Below, piece after piece: positions 36,920-46,401 of a stretch of DNA of 60,036 nucleotides; positions within the stretch are counted from its first letter, which is position 1; each line of letters begins with the position of its first letter. A model generated the notes under the pieces. The model was not told the origin of the DNA, searched no databases, and saw nothing but the letters and a program-made list of their open reading frames with translations. The position numbers and the translations under genes are program-made. Source of the stretch: a virus (Duplodnaviria > Caudoviricetes); the IMG/VR virus record IMGVR_UViG_3300020043_001303, positions 1 to 60,036 of that record; one strand, given 5' to 3'.

Positions 36920-37357
36920 TTATTTGCTGGCAACGCCTTTGGTCTTTTCAAAAGAACGCATACCGGCAATGCCCAAGATACCTGATAATATCACCCAAAG
37001 TTGGTCTGCGTCCAGTACTGGCGGCGGTTCTAATCCCGCTGGAACCCAACCTGTTGCCTGTGCCCATTTCCAACCCCACTGAAACAGCGGATACAGCAGG
37101 AACTGATAGGCCATAGCAGCCACGCCAATCCATCCAATCGCTGGCCTCCAACCCGAAACAAACACGCTAGACGACGCAGCTTCAATTTTGTTGACTTCGA
37201 TCTGCGCAAGGTCTGTGGCTTGGTCAATTTTCTTTTCTTCAAGATCAAGCTTACGCTGCTCGATCTCCATTTCCATGCGTTCTTTGTCTGTGGTAATCAG
37301 GTCGCCTGCAACCTTGCCCACGGCATCAATAATTGATCCAACAGCCAGCAAGCTCAT
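36920..37357 (-). CDS. holin (GTA-type 3TM holin family)
   Basis: FVSGWRPAIGW, TM helices, LG.AGMRSFEK.KG; adjacent to endolysin. Confidence 0.85.
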   Translation of the reverse strand: MSLLAVGSIIDAVGKVAGDLITTDKERMEMEIEQRKLDLEEKKIDQATDLAQIEVNKIEAASSSVFVSGWRPAIGWIGVAAMAYQFLLYPLFQWGWKWAQATGWVPAGLEPPPVLDADQLWVILSGILGIAGMRSFEKTKGVASK

Positions 37358-37869
37358 GCTAGACCTTTCAATGTGCGGTTAATCCAACCCTTGAGGAACT
37401 TAACCTGCACGGGGTTCTTGTTGCATATCTCAACATAACGGGCAATCTTTGCCAAAGCGTAGGACTCTTTAAACCGCTGGCCGTCCGTTATCTGGTTGAG
37501 TTTCTCGACAGTCTTAGCACCAATACCGCCATCAGGCGTAGCACCAACCACAAGCTGAGCCAGCTTCACAGCCATGCCCATACCCGCATTCACACCAAAG
37601 TTAAAAATACTGTTGGCTACGTCTTGGTTGGTAATCTCGTTGCCGCGCATCTTGTCCCAGAACTCAACGCGGTAAAACTCACGCACCATAGCAGTTAGGG
37701 AGCCACCGAATTCTTTCTTATCCACAAGCGCCCAGCCATTCCACTGAGGGTTTTTGTTGCGGGCAATTCCGGCATAGGTCATGCCGCCCGTGTCGCCGGG
37801 TACTTCGTGGAGGACGTAGCCGCCCTCGTCCCTAATCATTTGCTCAAAAGCTGGTTCAAACTGAGCCAT
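37354..37869 (-). CDS. endolysin, glycoside hydrolase family 108 with peptidoglycan-binding domain
   Basis: EGGYV..PGD.GG.T.AGI, F.FGVN.G, DG.IG.KT, F.KGW.NR. Confidence 0.92.
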   Translation of the reverse strand: MAQFEPAFEQMIRDEGGYVLHEVPGDTGGMTYAGIARNKNPQWNGWALVDKKEFGGSLTAMVREFYRVEFWDKMRGNEITNQDVANSIFNFGVNAGMGMAVKLAQLVVGATPDGGIGAKTVEKLNQITDGQRFKESYALAKIARYVEICNKNPVQVKFLKGWINRTLKGLA

Positions 37870-38480
37870 TACTGTTTACTCCTTGAAAGCATGCTGCTGG
37901 CAATCTGTAACATACTAATTGCTTTGTTTAGGTCTTTAGGCTCTTTGTCCCAGCCAACGGTGATCTGCCCAACAAACCGGCCTTGCTCTGGGGGGACGCT
38001 GACACGGCAACCAAAGGTCACGCCCTTTTCAATGTACCAAAGACCTATTTCACTCTGGGGCCTAGCGTATTCGCCGCACGGTATTTCATTTGCCATTAGC
38101 GCAATCACATCATGATTATTGGCAACACTTTGTGTAAACAAACCAACGTCTAAACCATCGTGTGTTTTATCACGACCTTCCCGCGTATACGCACGGAACA
38201 AAGTTCTTGTCCCAAACAACGGGTTGACTTTAAAGATTGCCACAACCGTAGCGTCTGAGTTTTTAAACAAATGCGCCACTACATCTTCAGCCCTGTCTTC
38301 TGCGATGGTTGGGAGCTTCTTATTCTCTTTGTACGCATCAAACAAAAACGCTTGATTCTGCCAAAGAAAGTAGCCAGAAAACGCAAACACAGCCATGAGT
38401 ATCAGCGCGAACAGTTTAAACGGGCTATCGACATAGGACAGCACCTTGCTTAGTACGTCTGCTGGCTTTTCGTCACTCAT
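37869..38480 (-). CDS. T4 holin T-like protein (single N-terminal TM plus GAF-like periplasmic domain)
   Basis: 203 aa; one TM (about residues 21-40); C-terminal G.ITV.W...AS.ML.R.K resembles T4 T as recalled. Confidence 0.55.
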   Translation of the reverse strand: MSDEKPADVLSKVLSYVDSPFKLFALILMAVFAFSGYFLWQNQAFLFDAYKENKKLPTIAEDRAEDVVAHLFKNSDATVVAIFKVNPLFGTRTLFRAYTREGRDKTHDGLDVGLFTQSVANNHDVIALMANEIPCGEYARPQSEIGLWYIEKGVTFGCRVSVPPEQGRFVGQITVGWDKEPKDLNKAISMLQIASSMLSRSKQ

Positions 38481-38626
38481 AGTCCAAACATCCCTAGTAT
38501 TTTGTTCACAATTTTGTCCGACAGATCATTGGGCAGAAACTTAAGAAACCCAAGCACCCACCATACAACGCACATACGCACGAAGATTTTGAGGAATAGG
38601 TCAAATTGCTTCTGGTACTCATTCAT
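38477..38626 (-). CDS. 49-aa membrane protein (MNEYQKQFDLFLKIFVRMCVVWWVLGFLKFLP...)
   Basis: Translated by hand; ATGA overlaps at both ends. Confidence 0.6.
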   Translation of the reverse strand: MNEYQKQFDLFLKIFVRMCVVWWVLGFLKFLPNDLSDKIVNKILGMFGL

Positions 38627-39123
38627 CGACCACACTTCGTCTTAGCACACAGTTCGCTAATCTCAGCAATACCCCAACCTACTGCACCTAGAAACATCAC
38701 AATCACCACAATGCCAACAGCCCACGCCATTTGCTCTGCTTCAGCTTCTTTGCGTTTCTTTTCTTCTTCCTTCATCTTCCTAGCTTCAATGGCATCGTCC
38801 CTGTCCATCTCCAGCTTACGTGCCATCATCTTGTTGTACACGTCTATATTGCCAGTCTGCATATAGAGGAGTTGAAGCTCTTTTTGCAGGTTCCTACTAT
38901 TCATCAATGCGTTTTCAATACGCATTGCGATTTCAAAGTTTGACTTACCGCCGTTCTTCTTGGCAGCAAGCATGGACTTGGTGGCGTTACTCTCAGCGTC
39001 AAACAGACGCCCAACCATTACCGACAGACCGCCAATATCTTTGGCTACGGCTTGAGCCTTTTTGACAAGGCTGACAGCTTTCTCTAAGCCTTCTAACGCT
39101 GATATTGGGTCTATTGGGATCAT
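38623..39123 (-). CDS. membrane-anchored coiled-coil protein
   Basis: MIPIDPISAL start; C-terminal TM. Confidence 0.7.
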   Translation of the reverse strand: MIPIDPISALEGLEKAVSLVKKAQAVAKDIGGLSVMVGRLFDAESNATKSMLAAKKNGGKSNFEIAMRIENALMNSRNLQKELQLLYMQTGNIDVYNKMMARKLEMDRDDAIEARKMKEEEKKRKEAEAEQMAWAVGIVVIVMFLGAVGWGIAEISELCAKTKCGR

Positions 39124-39212
39124 GGCCAAAAATACACTATTAGATACGAACCCGTGACCACAAAGGCAAAAATACAGGCGGCTGCAATAATTGCCTCCGC
39201 CCAGTCCCACAT
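39120..39212 (-). CDS. 30-aa TM micro-protein (MWDWAEAIIAAACIFAFVVTGSYLIVYFWP)
   Basis: Translated by hand; ATGA overlap. Confidence 0.5.
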   Translation of the reverse strand: MWDWAEAIIAAACIFAFVVTGSYLIVYFWP

Positions 39213-39214
39213 GG

Positions 39215-39451
39215 TCAGTTAACTGTTACGTCAGTCACGGCCTCTTCAGGCTTTGTTTCCAACGCTGTCTTTAACATTGTGAAGAAGGCATCTCTACCCA
39301 CTTGGAGTTGGTCAAGCTGGAACTTGGTAGAACCAATCTTGCGCTCAATATCTGCAACGTGATTTAACAGCATCTGCTGCTGCTCTGTCATGTCTTCAAC
39401 TTTGAACTCAACGCCGTCAATAGTTACGATCTGGGATTGTTGGTTTGCCAT
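39215..39451 (-). CDS. hypothetical protein (tail-fibre associated)
   Basis: VTIDGVEF..EDM...Q..L..H..D..RKI coiled coil; AAGGA RBS. Confidence 0.7.
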   Translation of the reverse strand: MANQQSQIVTIDGVEFKVEDMTEQQQMLLNHVADIERKIGSTKFQLDQLQVGRDAFFTMLKTALETKPEEAVTDVTVN

Positions 39452-39499
39452 ATCGTTTTTCCTTTCAATGCGCCACCAAGATCGGGTGGTGGCTTCCCG

Positions 39500-39727
39500 T
39501 TATGCCGATGCTGTACGCAGTGGCGTCAGGTTTTCTGTAGTCCAGAAGTCTTTAGCCAACATGATGTTCAGGTGCTCTTTGTTACGAGCCAAGCAGTCTG
39601 CCCAATCTTCAGCAGTCATGCCTTCGGGTTGACCCGCGTTAATCAGGTTTACTGAGTCCATTGCTGCGCTGTAGTGGCGAGCAATTTCTTCTGCGGTTGG
39701 GGTTTCAGTAATAGCGGTCATTTTCAT
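39500..39727 (-). CDS. hypothetical protein (tail-fibre associated)
   Basis: 75 aa immediately after tail fibre; AGGAG RBS. Confidence 0.65.
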   Translation of the reverse strand: MKMTAITETPTAEEIARHYSAAMDSVNLINAGQPEGMTAEDWADCLARNKEHLNIMLAKDFWTTENLTPLRTASA

Positions 39728-39733
39728 GCTCCT

Positions 39734-41977
39734 TTAGGGGTGGGTTAATTTGTATGCGTCAAATTCTGCTTTGAGTTCCTGAATGGCTTTGACAAGAATC
39801 GCAGTCATGTTCTGGTCAATGTATTTAAGATTTTCAGAATCTGCGGAATCAATTACAACAGAATCTGAACCTTCAAGTGCCAAAATATCTTGCGCTAAAA
39901 ATCCATATCTCATATCACCAATTGGTGTAGCGTCAGTACGAGATGTCTTGAATTTAAACGAGACAGGATTAAGTTGGTTAACAAAACTCAATCCATGTGG
40001 TACAGGCGCTATTTCTGTTTTATCTCTAGCATCTGAAGTGACAGTCCAAGCAACTCTAATGTAAGCATTTGTAACTGAAGAATTACCAATAGCAACACGA
40101 TTACTCTGAGTGGTAATATCAATAACACCACCATCAGCGCCTCCGTTGTAACCAATACCAGTGTTGTTAGAGCCAGTAGTTACACTACTTAATGCTGCAT
40201 AACCTAAAGCAGTATTTGTACCGCCTGTGGTGTTGGCGGTCAAAGACACGCGACCTATGGCAGTGTTGTATGACCCGCTAGTTGTAGCCTGCATTGAGTT
40301 AGCGCCAACAGCGGTGTTGTACGCATCAGCGTTCTGTACATTTAAAGCGGCAAAACCAATGGCTACATTTAATTGCCCTGTGGTGTTGGTTGCAAGTGCG
40401 TATGGGCCAATTGCAACATTGCTATTACCAGTAGTATTAGCAAGCGCCGCTTGATAACCAAGAACTGCGTTGCTACTACCGGTGGTGTTGGCTTTAAGTG
40501 CTTCTCGCCCAACTGCCACATTGGTATCGCCAGTCGTATTTGAATAAGCCGCCTGATAACCAACAGCCGTGTTGCTTGATGCTGTGGTGTTTGAGTAGAG
40601 GGCAGAAAAGCCAAGTGCCGTATTTGACCCGCCTGATGTGTTGGCGTTCATTGAATACGCGCCAAATGCTACGCTCTCACCACCAGTAGTATTTGCGGTC
40701 ATGGCGTTATGGCCAAATGCGCTGTTGCTTCCTCCGGTTGTATTGGCATCAAGAGTTCCACTACCAAACGCATTGTTTAACGCGCCAGTGGTGTTTGAAA
40801 CTAGCGCATCTTTACCAACGGCAGTATTGTTAGATGCTGTGGTGTTGGATGCAAGGGCGTTGTACCCAATAGCCGTGTTACTAGCGCCAGAAGTGTTTGA
40901 CCCTAAAGAACTCCATCCTAGCGCAGAATTGTAAGAGCCAGTATTTGGGTACAAAGCATATTGACCAATAGCGGTATTTTGAGAACCCGTGGTGTTGCTG
41001 TATAGCGCTTGATGACCAATTGCTACTTGCCCAGTGCCCGTTGTATTGCTATACCCCGCCTGATAACCAACAGCAGTGTTATTAGATGCTGTGGTGTTGG
41101 AGACAAGTGCAGAATACCCCAAAGCAGTATTGTTGCTACCTGTTGTGTTTGTGTTTAATGCCCCATTGCCAAAAGCGGAACTGTAATTACCAGTTGTGTT
41201 TGAGCCTAAAGCGCCATGACCAACAGCAGTATGTTCTGTTCCAGTTGTGTTTTCAGATAGAGCAACCCTTCCTACCGCAACAGATTGGCTTCCAGTTGTG
41301 TTTTTAAACATCGCCTGATAACCAACGGCAGTATTAACAGAACCACTCGTATTAGCCGCCAAAGCACTAGCACCCACCGCAGTATTGGTAGACACAGCAC
41401 CTGCACCACGGCCTACAGTCACGCCGTTAACTGAAATCTGAGCGCCATCAAATGTGAAAGCGGAAGAACCAGCCAACGCGCCAGAACTGTTGTATTGAAC
41501 CTGTGTGTTAGAACCGGCGGCAGCGCCAGCTGTGGCCGTACCGACAACCTTCACATAGTCTGTGCCGTTGTAATAAACAAACGCTGTCTCGCCTACAGCG
41601 ATAGAAACACCAGTCTGACCTGATGCTTTAAACGTCACGATACCGCCAGTGGCGGCATTTACAACTGTATAAGTCTTGCTGTAGCTTGGGCCTGTGACTA
41701 CCTTGGCTGTGGTCAGCGTACCTGTGACTCTAACAATAGCAAACTGCGCTGTGACTGTACCCGCGCCTGTCAGAGTTGATGTGATGTTAGAAGCTGACGC
41801 ATCGCCTGTGGTGTTGGCCAAAGTGACTGCACCGTCACCTGTCAGGGTCAAAGTGCCTGCAATGGCAATATTGGTGTACTGCGTAATACCATTGTTAACG
41901 GTGTCACCCCATGTGCCGGAGAGTTCGCCCTGTACTGGGAGAGCCAGCCCTAGTTGTCCTGTTGCGCCTGTAGCCAT
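39734..41977 (-). CDS. tail fibre with 14-aa beta-roll repeats and C-terminal intramolecular chaperone (S74)
   Basis: About 30 N[TS]A[VIL]G..AL..NT[TS]G repeats; SDARDK...LNPVSF...GFLAQD...AIQEL. Confidence 0.88.
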   Translation of the reverse strand: MATGATGQLGLALPVQGELSGTWGDTVNNGITQYTNIAIAGTLTLTGDGAVTLANTTGDASASNITSTLTGAGTVTAQFAIVRVTGTLTTAKVVTGPSYSKTYTVVNAATGGIVTFKASGQTGVSIAVGETAFVYYNGTDYVKVVGTATAGAAAGSNTQVQYNSSGALAGSSAFTFDGAQISVNGVTVGRGAGAVSTNTAVGASALAANTSGSVNTAVGYQAMFKNTTGSQSVAVGRVALSENTTGTEHTAVGHGALGSNTTGNYSSAFGNGALNTNTTGSNNTALGYSALVSNTTASNNTAVGYQAGYSNTTGTGQVAIGHQALYSNTTGSQNTAIGQYALYPNTGSYNSALGWSSLGSNTSGASNTAIGYNALASNTTASNNTAVGKDALVSNTTGALNNAFGSGTLDANTTGGSNSAFGHNAMTANTTGGESVAFGAYSMNANTSGGSNTALGFSALYSNTTASSNTAVGYQAAYSNTTGDTNVAVGREALKANTTGSSNAVLGYQAALANTTGNSNVAIGPYALATNTTGQLNVAIGFAALNVQNADAYNTAVGANSMQATTSGSYNTAIGRVSLTANTTGGTNTALGYAALSSVTTGSNNTGIGYNGGADGGVIDITTQSNRVAIGNSSVTNAYIRVAWTVTSDARDKTEIAPVPHGLSFVNQLNPVSFKFKTSRTDATPIGDMRYGFLAQDILALEGSDSVVIDSADSENLKYIDQNMTAILVKAIQELKAEFDAYKLTHP

Positions 41978-41987
41978 TTAAATGCTC

Positions 41988-42770
41988 CTAATTCGTGTCG
42001 ATCTGTGTCCACCCAGCACTCTGAGTGTCATCAATCTGTGCCCAGCCTGAAGACTGAGTGTTGGTGATATTTTGCCAGTTTGCGTCTTGTGTGTCATCAA
42101 TAATTTCCCACAAAGGCCGCCCAATCAATAAATCCGATATTGTTGCCAACTCTACGATGGAAGCTTTAAAACTTGCCACCGCTGCATCTACGTCTGTTCC
42201 AGTTGCGCTTTCTGAAATCACACCCTTAAATGTAATCTTCGCCGCTACAGAATCAGCACCTGTTGCCGTCTCACTGACCGCTGCACCAATTGACAAACTA
42301 CCTGATACCGCATCAGACCCAGTCGCTGTTTCAATAATATACGCCAAGAATGTGAAAGCTGATGCAGTGGCATCCGTACCCGTTGCCGTCTCAAGGATGG
42401 TTCCCAAAAAGTTGGCAAAAGCTGCGTCCGTGTCAGAGCCTGTTGCCGTCTCAGAAACAGATACCCCATACGTTGGGATAGCACTAATTGCATCTGCCCC
42501 TGTACCGCTTTCACTAACCGCAGTCCTGAAGGTTGCCGCTGCACTTATTGTGTCTGATCCTGTACTTGTCTCTGATACCGAAGCGGGAACCGTAACCAGC
42601 GAACTAATTGCATCCGAACCGGTAGCTGTTTCAGCAACACTGGACAGCACACTAACAACTGAAGAGACGGCATCTGTCCCTGTCGCAGTTTCAGCAACAC
42701 TCCGGTCATAGACTGAATCACCCCAGCCAGCCTGACCCCATGTGCCAGAACCCCAGCCGCCTTCAGCCAT
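41988..42770 (-). CDS. Ser/Thr/Ala-rich repeat structural protein
   Basis: Repeats of V.ETATG.D.[VI]S; N-terminal GWG..WG motif. Confidence 0.7.
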   Translation of the reverse strand: MAEGGWGSGTWGQAGWGDSVYDRSVAETATGTDAVSSVVSVLSSVAETATGSDAISSLVTVPASVSETSTGSDTISAAATFRTAVSESGTGADAISAIPTYGVSVSETATGSDTDAAFANFLGTILETATGTDATASAFTFLAYIIETATGSDAVSGSLSIGAAVSETATGADSVAAKITFKGVISESATGTDVDAAVASFKASIVELATISDLLIGRPLWEIIDDTQDANWQNITNTQSSGWAQIDDTQSAGWTQIDTN

Positions 42771-42777
42771 TTAGACC

Positions 42778-43356
42778 TCAAGCAGCGAGGCTGAATGTAT
42801 AGGTAACAGAAATAATGTCGCCGGACACAACTGAGCGGTCACCGGGCGAACTGAAGTCAGCCGCGGAGAACAACGTACCAGTCGTACCGCCTTTAGCACT
42901 ACCGCTTGTCAAGAACGCACCACCCACAGTTGTTGTGCCGTTGATGTTGAATGTTGCTGGAGAAGCTGCGTTAGTCACCACAGAAGGGTTAGCGGTCGTA
43001 GCTGTAACGAACGTAGCGGCCACACGGGTAGAGTTGCTGTAGTCAGTAACTTCAGTCCAGCCAGCGTGGGAAGACATTGTGTCACCAGCAGCAGGTGTAT
43101 TAGAAGCACCAGCGCCGTACAGACCGATGTACCAAGTGGTAATCTGGGCAACAGAAGTCAGCGCAGTACCAGCCATGTAAGCCAGACCAGCGTTAACAAC
43201 CAAGTTCTTTGTGTCAGCAGACCACTTCAAGTTGCCGTCTTTGTCGTGGCACTCAACGTGATAAACGCCTGTAGCCTTGGCTTCTTCGCCTGACTTAGTA
43301 CCGGCAATAAAACCACTAGAAACGTGGTCAGTGGCTTTAAGTTTTTCCGTGGTCAT
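42778..43356 (-). CDS. virion structural protein
   Basis: G.Y.VEC.DKDG.LKW....NLVVN.G; GTLFS...F...RSV.SGD. Confidence 0.7.
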   Translation of the reverse strand: MTTEKLKATDHVSSGFIAGTKSGEEAKATGVYHVECHDKDGNLKWSADTKNLVVNAGLAYMAGTALTSVAQITTWYIGLYGAGASNTPAAGDTMSSHAGWTEVTDYSNSTRVAATFVTATTANPSVVTNAASPATFNINGTTTVGGAFLTSGSAKGGTTGTLFSAADFSSPGDRSVVSGDIISVTYTFSLAA

Positions 43357-43365
43357 AATGACTCC

Positions 43366-43782
43366 TTAATTAGAAGAACGAATCAATGCTGCTGTCGCGG
43401 TATTAGCAGGCATTGTGATGGTGAAGTTAGTCGATGTCTTGTCAGACCCAAAGTCCAACACAGCAATGGATTTATTGCCCTGAGTCACGTTGTAAATCAA
43501 AGCGCAACGAGCGGTGACTGATGCGTTAAACACCACATCCGCAAAGTCTACATAAGCTGTAAAGCCCGATGAGTTAATAGTGACACCCGTCAGGGTTACG
43601 CCACCAGCAACATAACCTGTACCCGTCACCTCTGCGGTGGTCGTGTAAACAGTGGTGGCTTCGTTTAAATCAGCATTGGCCGTGTACAACGCAATTTTGA
43701 GCGTGTCCGTGAGCAGGTTGTGAACGCCCGTATACAACTGCGTTTTAAAGCTGGTTGTCTGGGTCTGTAAGATGTAGCTCAT
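43366..43782 (-). CDS. virion structural protein
   Basis: SFK.QL..GVH....TLKIALY...GYVAGG..L...ALIYN...AVLDFG.DK. Confidence 0.7.
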   Translation of the reverse strand: MSYILQTQTTSFKTQLYTGVHNLLTDTLKIALYTANADLNEATTVYTTTAEVTGTGYVAGGVTLTGVTINSSGFTAYVDFADVVFNASVTARCALIYNVTQGNKSIAVLDFGSDKTSTNFTITMPANTATAALIRSSN

Positions 43783-44618
43783 GAAACTGCCACCCTAACT
43801 TGACCATCACGATAAGCATCGGCGCGTTGTTTGCCATCTGCCAAGTTTTTATACAGAGCAATAGCTTGAACGTAGCGATCTTGCGCTACTTTAATCATGT
43901 CGCCTTCACCCTTCATGTAGACAAGAGCTTCACAAATAGTGCCGTACAGCAACACAGAATCAAAATTATCACCCAACCATGTTGTACCAGCGTCAACGAT
44001 AGATTCTGGGTAGTAATAATAATGAAGCTCTGCGTTATACGCCGCGTTTGGTGTTGGACCAACAATGAATGCTAGTTCATTTACATCGTCTGACCGGGGG
44101 CCAAAGATAGCGTAATGTTTTGGCTCAGAAGAAAATGCTGACAACGGATATGCCTCACGAATGAAGTTCACATCCTTGTTTAGCAGATACAGGTAATCGC
44201 CTTGGAACACTACAGAGCCAGACACTGTACCGCTGTTAGCAACAGTCAAGGTAATGGTTGTACTGGCAATACTACGAACCTGCGCGTTCACGCCAATACC
44301 TGTGCCAGTAACCTGCTGACCTACTGCAATACCTGTAGTACTTGCCACCACGATTGTTTTAGCCCCAGACGTGCCGGTAGCTGTTGTGGTGTTGTATGGA
44401 TATACGGCAAGGCTATACACAGACAAAAAGTCTGAGGGGCACTGAAGGTACTTATTGTTAGTAGTAAGTACGCCGGTCACGTTCTTTCGCAAGTTTGCTG
44501 GCTGCGCTGTGTTGTAAATGCGCTGCTCCGCCTGACGGATAAAAATATCCATGTCAGTGGTTGGGAAAGAGTTCTCGCAGTAATCGCTTACTGCAACGAC
44601 AAGCTCGGCGTAGTTCAT
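43779..44618 (-). CDS. head-tail adaptor / tail tubular protein A-like
   Basis: NYAEL...FIRQAEQRI...P.DFL...GPTP..Y..ELHY...LLYG. Confidence 0.7.
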   Translation of the reverse strand: MNYAELVVAVSDYCENSFPTTDMDIFIRQAEQRIYNTAQPANLRKNVTGVLTTNNKYLQCPSDFLSVYSLAVYPYNTTTATGTSGAKTIVVASTTGIAVGQQVTGTGIGVNAQVRSIASTTITLTVANSGTVSGSVVFQGDYLYLLNKDVNFIREAYPLSAFSSEPKHYAIFGPRSDDVNELAFIVGPTPNAAYNAELHYYYYPESIVDAGTTWLGDNFDSVLLYGTICEALVYMKGEGDMIKVAQDRYVQAIALYKNLADGKQRADAYRDGQVRVAVS

Positions 44619-44625
44619 GTGTTCC

Positions 44626-44889
44626 TCAAGCCATAGGGCCGCGTGCCATCAAACCTTTGGTAGCTGCGCCTGTGCCACGCACTTTGATGCCGTCGGTTTT
44701 AGTACCGGGCTGATCGCGGCGTGTAACTGCGCCCACAGACATATTGACTGTGCTTGCGTTGCTATGGTTAGGGCCTTTACCGGGATTCTCAGACGCGCTA
44801 ACAGCTTTACCTGTCATCGTGTGTGGCTTGGCATAGACTTTGGCATCGCCAACTTCTTTGCCCATCAATTTTTTGCTAAATGTAGCCAT
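44626..44889 (-). CDS. small basic protein
   Basis: GIKVRGTGAATKG..ARGPMA. Confidence 0.7.
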   Translation of the reverse strand: MATFSKKLMGKEVGDAKVYAKPHTMTGKAVSASENPGKGPNHSNASTVNMSVGAVTRRDQPGTKTDGIKVRGTGAATKGLMARGPMA

Positions 44890-44891
44890 GA

Positions 44892-45071
44892 TTAGCCTCG
44901 CTTTTGGTTGTTAGCGCGGGCCATGTTGCGGCCTACTGCGCGCATAGCTTGACCTGTTACGCCACCTTTTGCAAGTTTGGTCATAGGTTTTCCGGGATGA
45001 AGCTTTTTCTCATGCTTGTGCACGGCTCCAGCAATCATCTTTTTGTCTTGCGCCAAATCTTTCTTGTCCAT
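44892..45071 (-). CDS. 59-aa basic protein (MDKKDLAQDKKMI...LAKGG...GRNMARANNQKRG)
   Basis: Translated by hand; AAGGAG RBS; fills gap. Confidence 0.65.
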   Translation of the reverse strand: MDKKDLAQDKKMIAGAVHKHEKKLHPGKPMTKLAKGGVTGQAMRAVGRNMARANNQKRG

Positions 45072-45082
45072 TTTGAACTCCT

Positions 45083-45466
45083 TTAAGATACCGTTACTGT
45101 ACCAACAAATGCCGTTGCAACCAAGTAGTTTGGTGTCAATCCTGCATCATTTAAACTTGCCCCACCTACCGGAGCCCATCCCCATTGAATATCCCGTGAA
45201 CCACCAGACGGATTACCGTTGACGTTAATACCGGAAGTCACATAAGTTGTATCTTTACGTGGATTACGTAGAGCCTGTGGATCATCGACAGGAAACGTTC
45301 CAAGCATCAACTGAGGCTGGTCAGGGTCCCAGCATTCAGTACACACCAACAACTGATACTGACGTTGCTTAATAATTTCAGTCCTAAGCGTTTTCAGTTT
45401 AAATTGTTGGCCGCAGCGATCGCATTCAGCAATCGCTATTTTGCCGGATGCAAACCGATTACCCAT
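45083..45466 (-). CDS. Zn-finger-containing conserved phage protein
   Basis: FASGK.A.A.CDRCG...VC.ECWDPDQPQL...DPQALRNPR. Confidence 0.7.
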   Translation of the reverse strand: MGNRFASGKIAIAECDRCGQQFKLKTLRTEIIKQRQYQLLVCTECWDPDQPQLMLGTFPVDDPQALRNPRKDTTYVTSGINVNGNPSGGSRDIQWGWAPVGGASLNDAGLTPNYLVATAFVGTVTVS

Positions 45467-46401
45467 CAGTAACCTCCGCCACTTCCAATAAACATCTGTC
45501 TAGGCACAAACCTAACGGCCGCTTTTTCGCGGTCTTCACCGGCGGCAATCTCAAACGTTTCGTCGTACATCTGCTTGAGCATTGGGATACGGGGCATCAA
45601 GTCGGGCGTCTTCACAGCAATGTGATAGGCCAAACCCGCCACTAAACAAGGTAAGAAACGGAAGTTCATATCCGCCGTTTCCATACCAGCGCCAGCATCT
45701 TGTACTCGGCGCAGTCTCCAATACACAAACTGATAAGGTGTTGAGTTGTCAGGTGTTGGCCAAACTGTTACAGCAGGGAGTTGGGGCACAAAAACCGCCG
45801 TACCATCTGCTTGAGCTGCCGCAGTTGTATTGTTTTGACCACGAAACACACCACTTAGGGTATTCCCTGAGATGTATGTGTAGTAAATATCTTCCGTACC
45901 AAGACGAATAAAGCCAGAACCGGCTAGTCCAACCACCGTGTTAAGCGTGATCGTGGTGTCCGTGGAAGTGAGGGCTCCGTCAAGGACCGCAGCCGTTGGA
46001 TTAACCTCGCCAGAAAGTCGCTGCACCCAGACTTGAATTGGACGAGCTTGTTGAAGCTTGTTTGGAATAGTCGCATAAGTTGAGACGCTGATGCGTGTAA
46101 TGGTTAGATCGGCTTGTGTTGACGCAGTGTTTTGACCGGTACGAATAACCTGTTCTAACAAGTCAATCGTATCAGTTGGTAGCGCGTATGTAGCCAAACC
46201 CGGAGTCAGGTTAATAAACCCTTGCTCCATCGTCCACATATTGATACCTTTGGACTGCCACTCGATAGTCATCAAGTTCATGGAACGACGTGCTGTACGC
46301 AAGTCGTAGCCTGAACGCATCTCACGGCCCGCACGCTCCCACGCTTCCTCGGCGATCTCCGTGAAGTCCATGTTGAAGAGGGTTGAGCCGGTAGTGGTCA
46401 T
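45466..46401 (-). CDS. head-tail connector / tail tubular protein A-like
   Basis: EEAWERAG..MRSGYDL.TARRS.NL...EW...GIN.W; WPTPD; RFLPCL.AGLAY. Confidence 0.7.
   Translation of the reverse strand: MTTTGSTLFNMDFTEIAEEAWERAGREMRSGYDLRTARRSMNLMTIEWQSKGINMWTMEQGFINLTPGLATYALPTDTIDLLEQVIRTGQNTASTQADLTITRISVSTYATIPNKLQQARPIQVWVQRLSGEVNPTAAVLDGALTSTDTTITLNTVVGLAGSGFIRLGTEDIYYTYISGNTLSGVFRGQNNTTAAAQADGTAVFVPQLPAVTVWPTPDNSTPYQFVYWRLRRVQDAGAGMETADMNFRFLPCLVAGLAYHIAVKTPDLMPRIPMLKQMYDETFEIAAGEDREKAAVRFVPRQMFIGSGGGY

Noticed and set aside
39734-41977. Diversity-generating retroelement target
   Set aside because: No reverse transcriptase and no TR/VR pair differing at adenines; the repeats are explained by the protein repeat.
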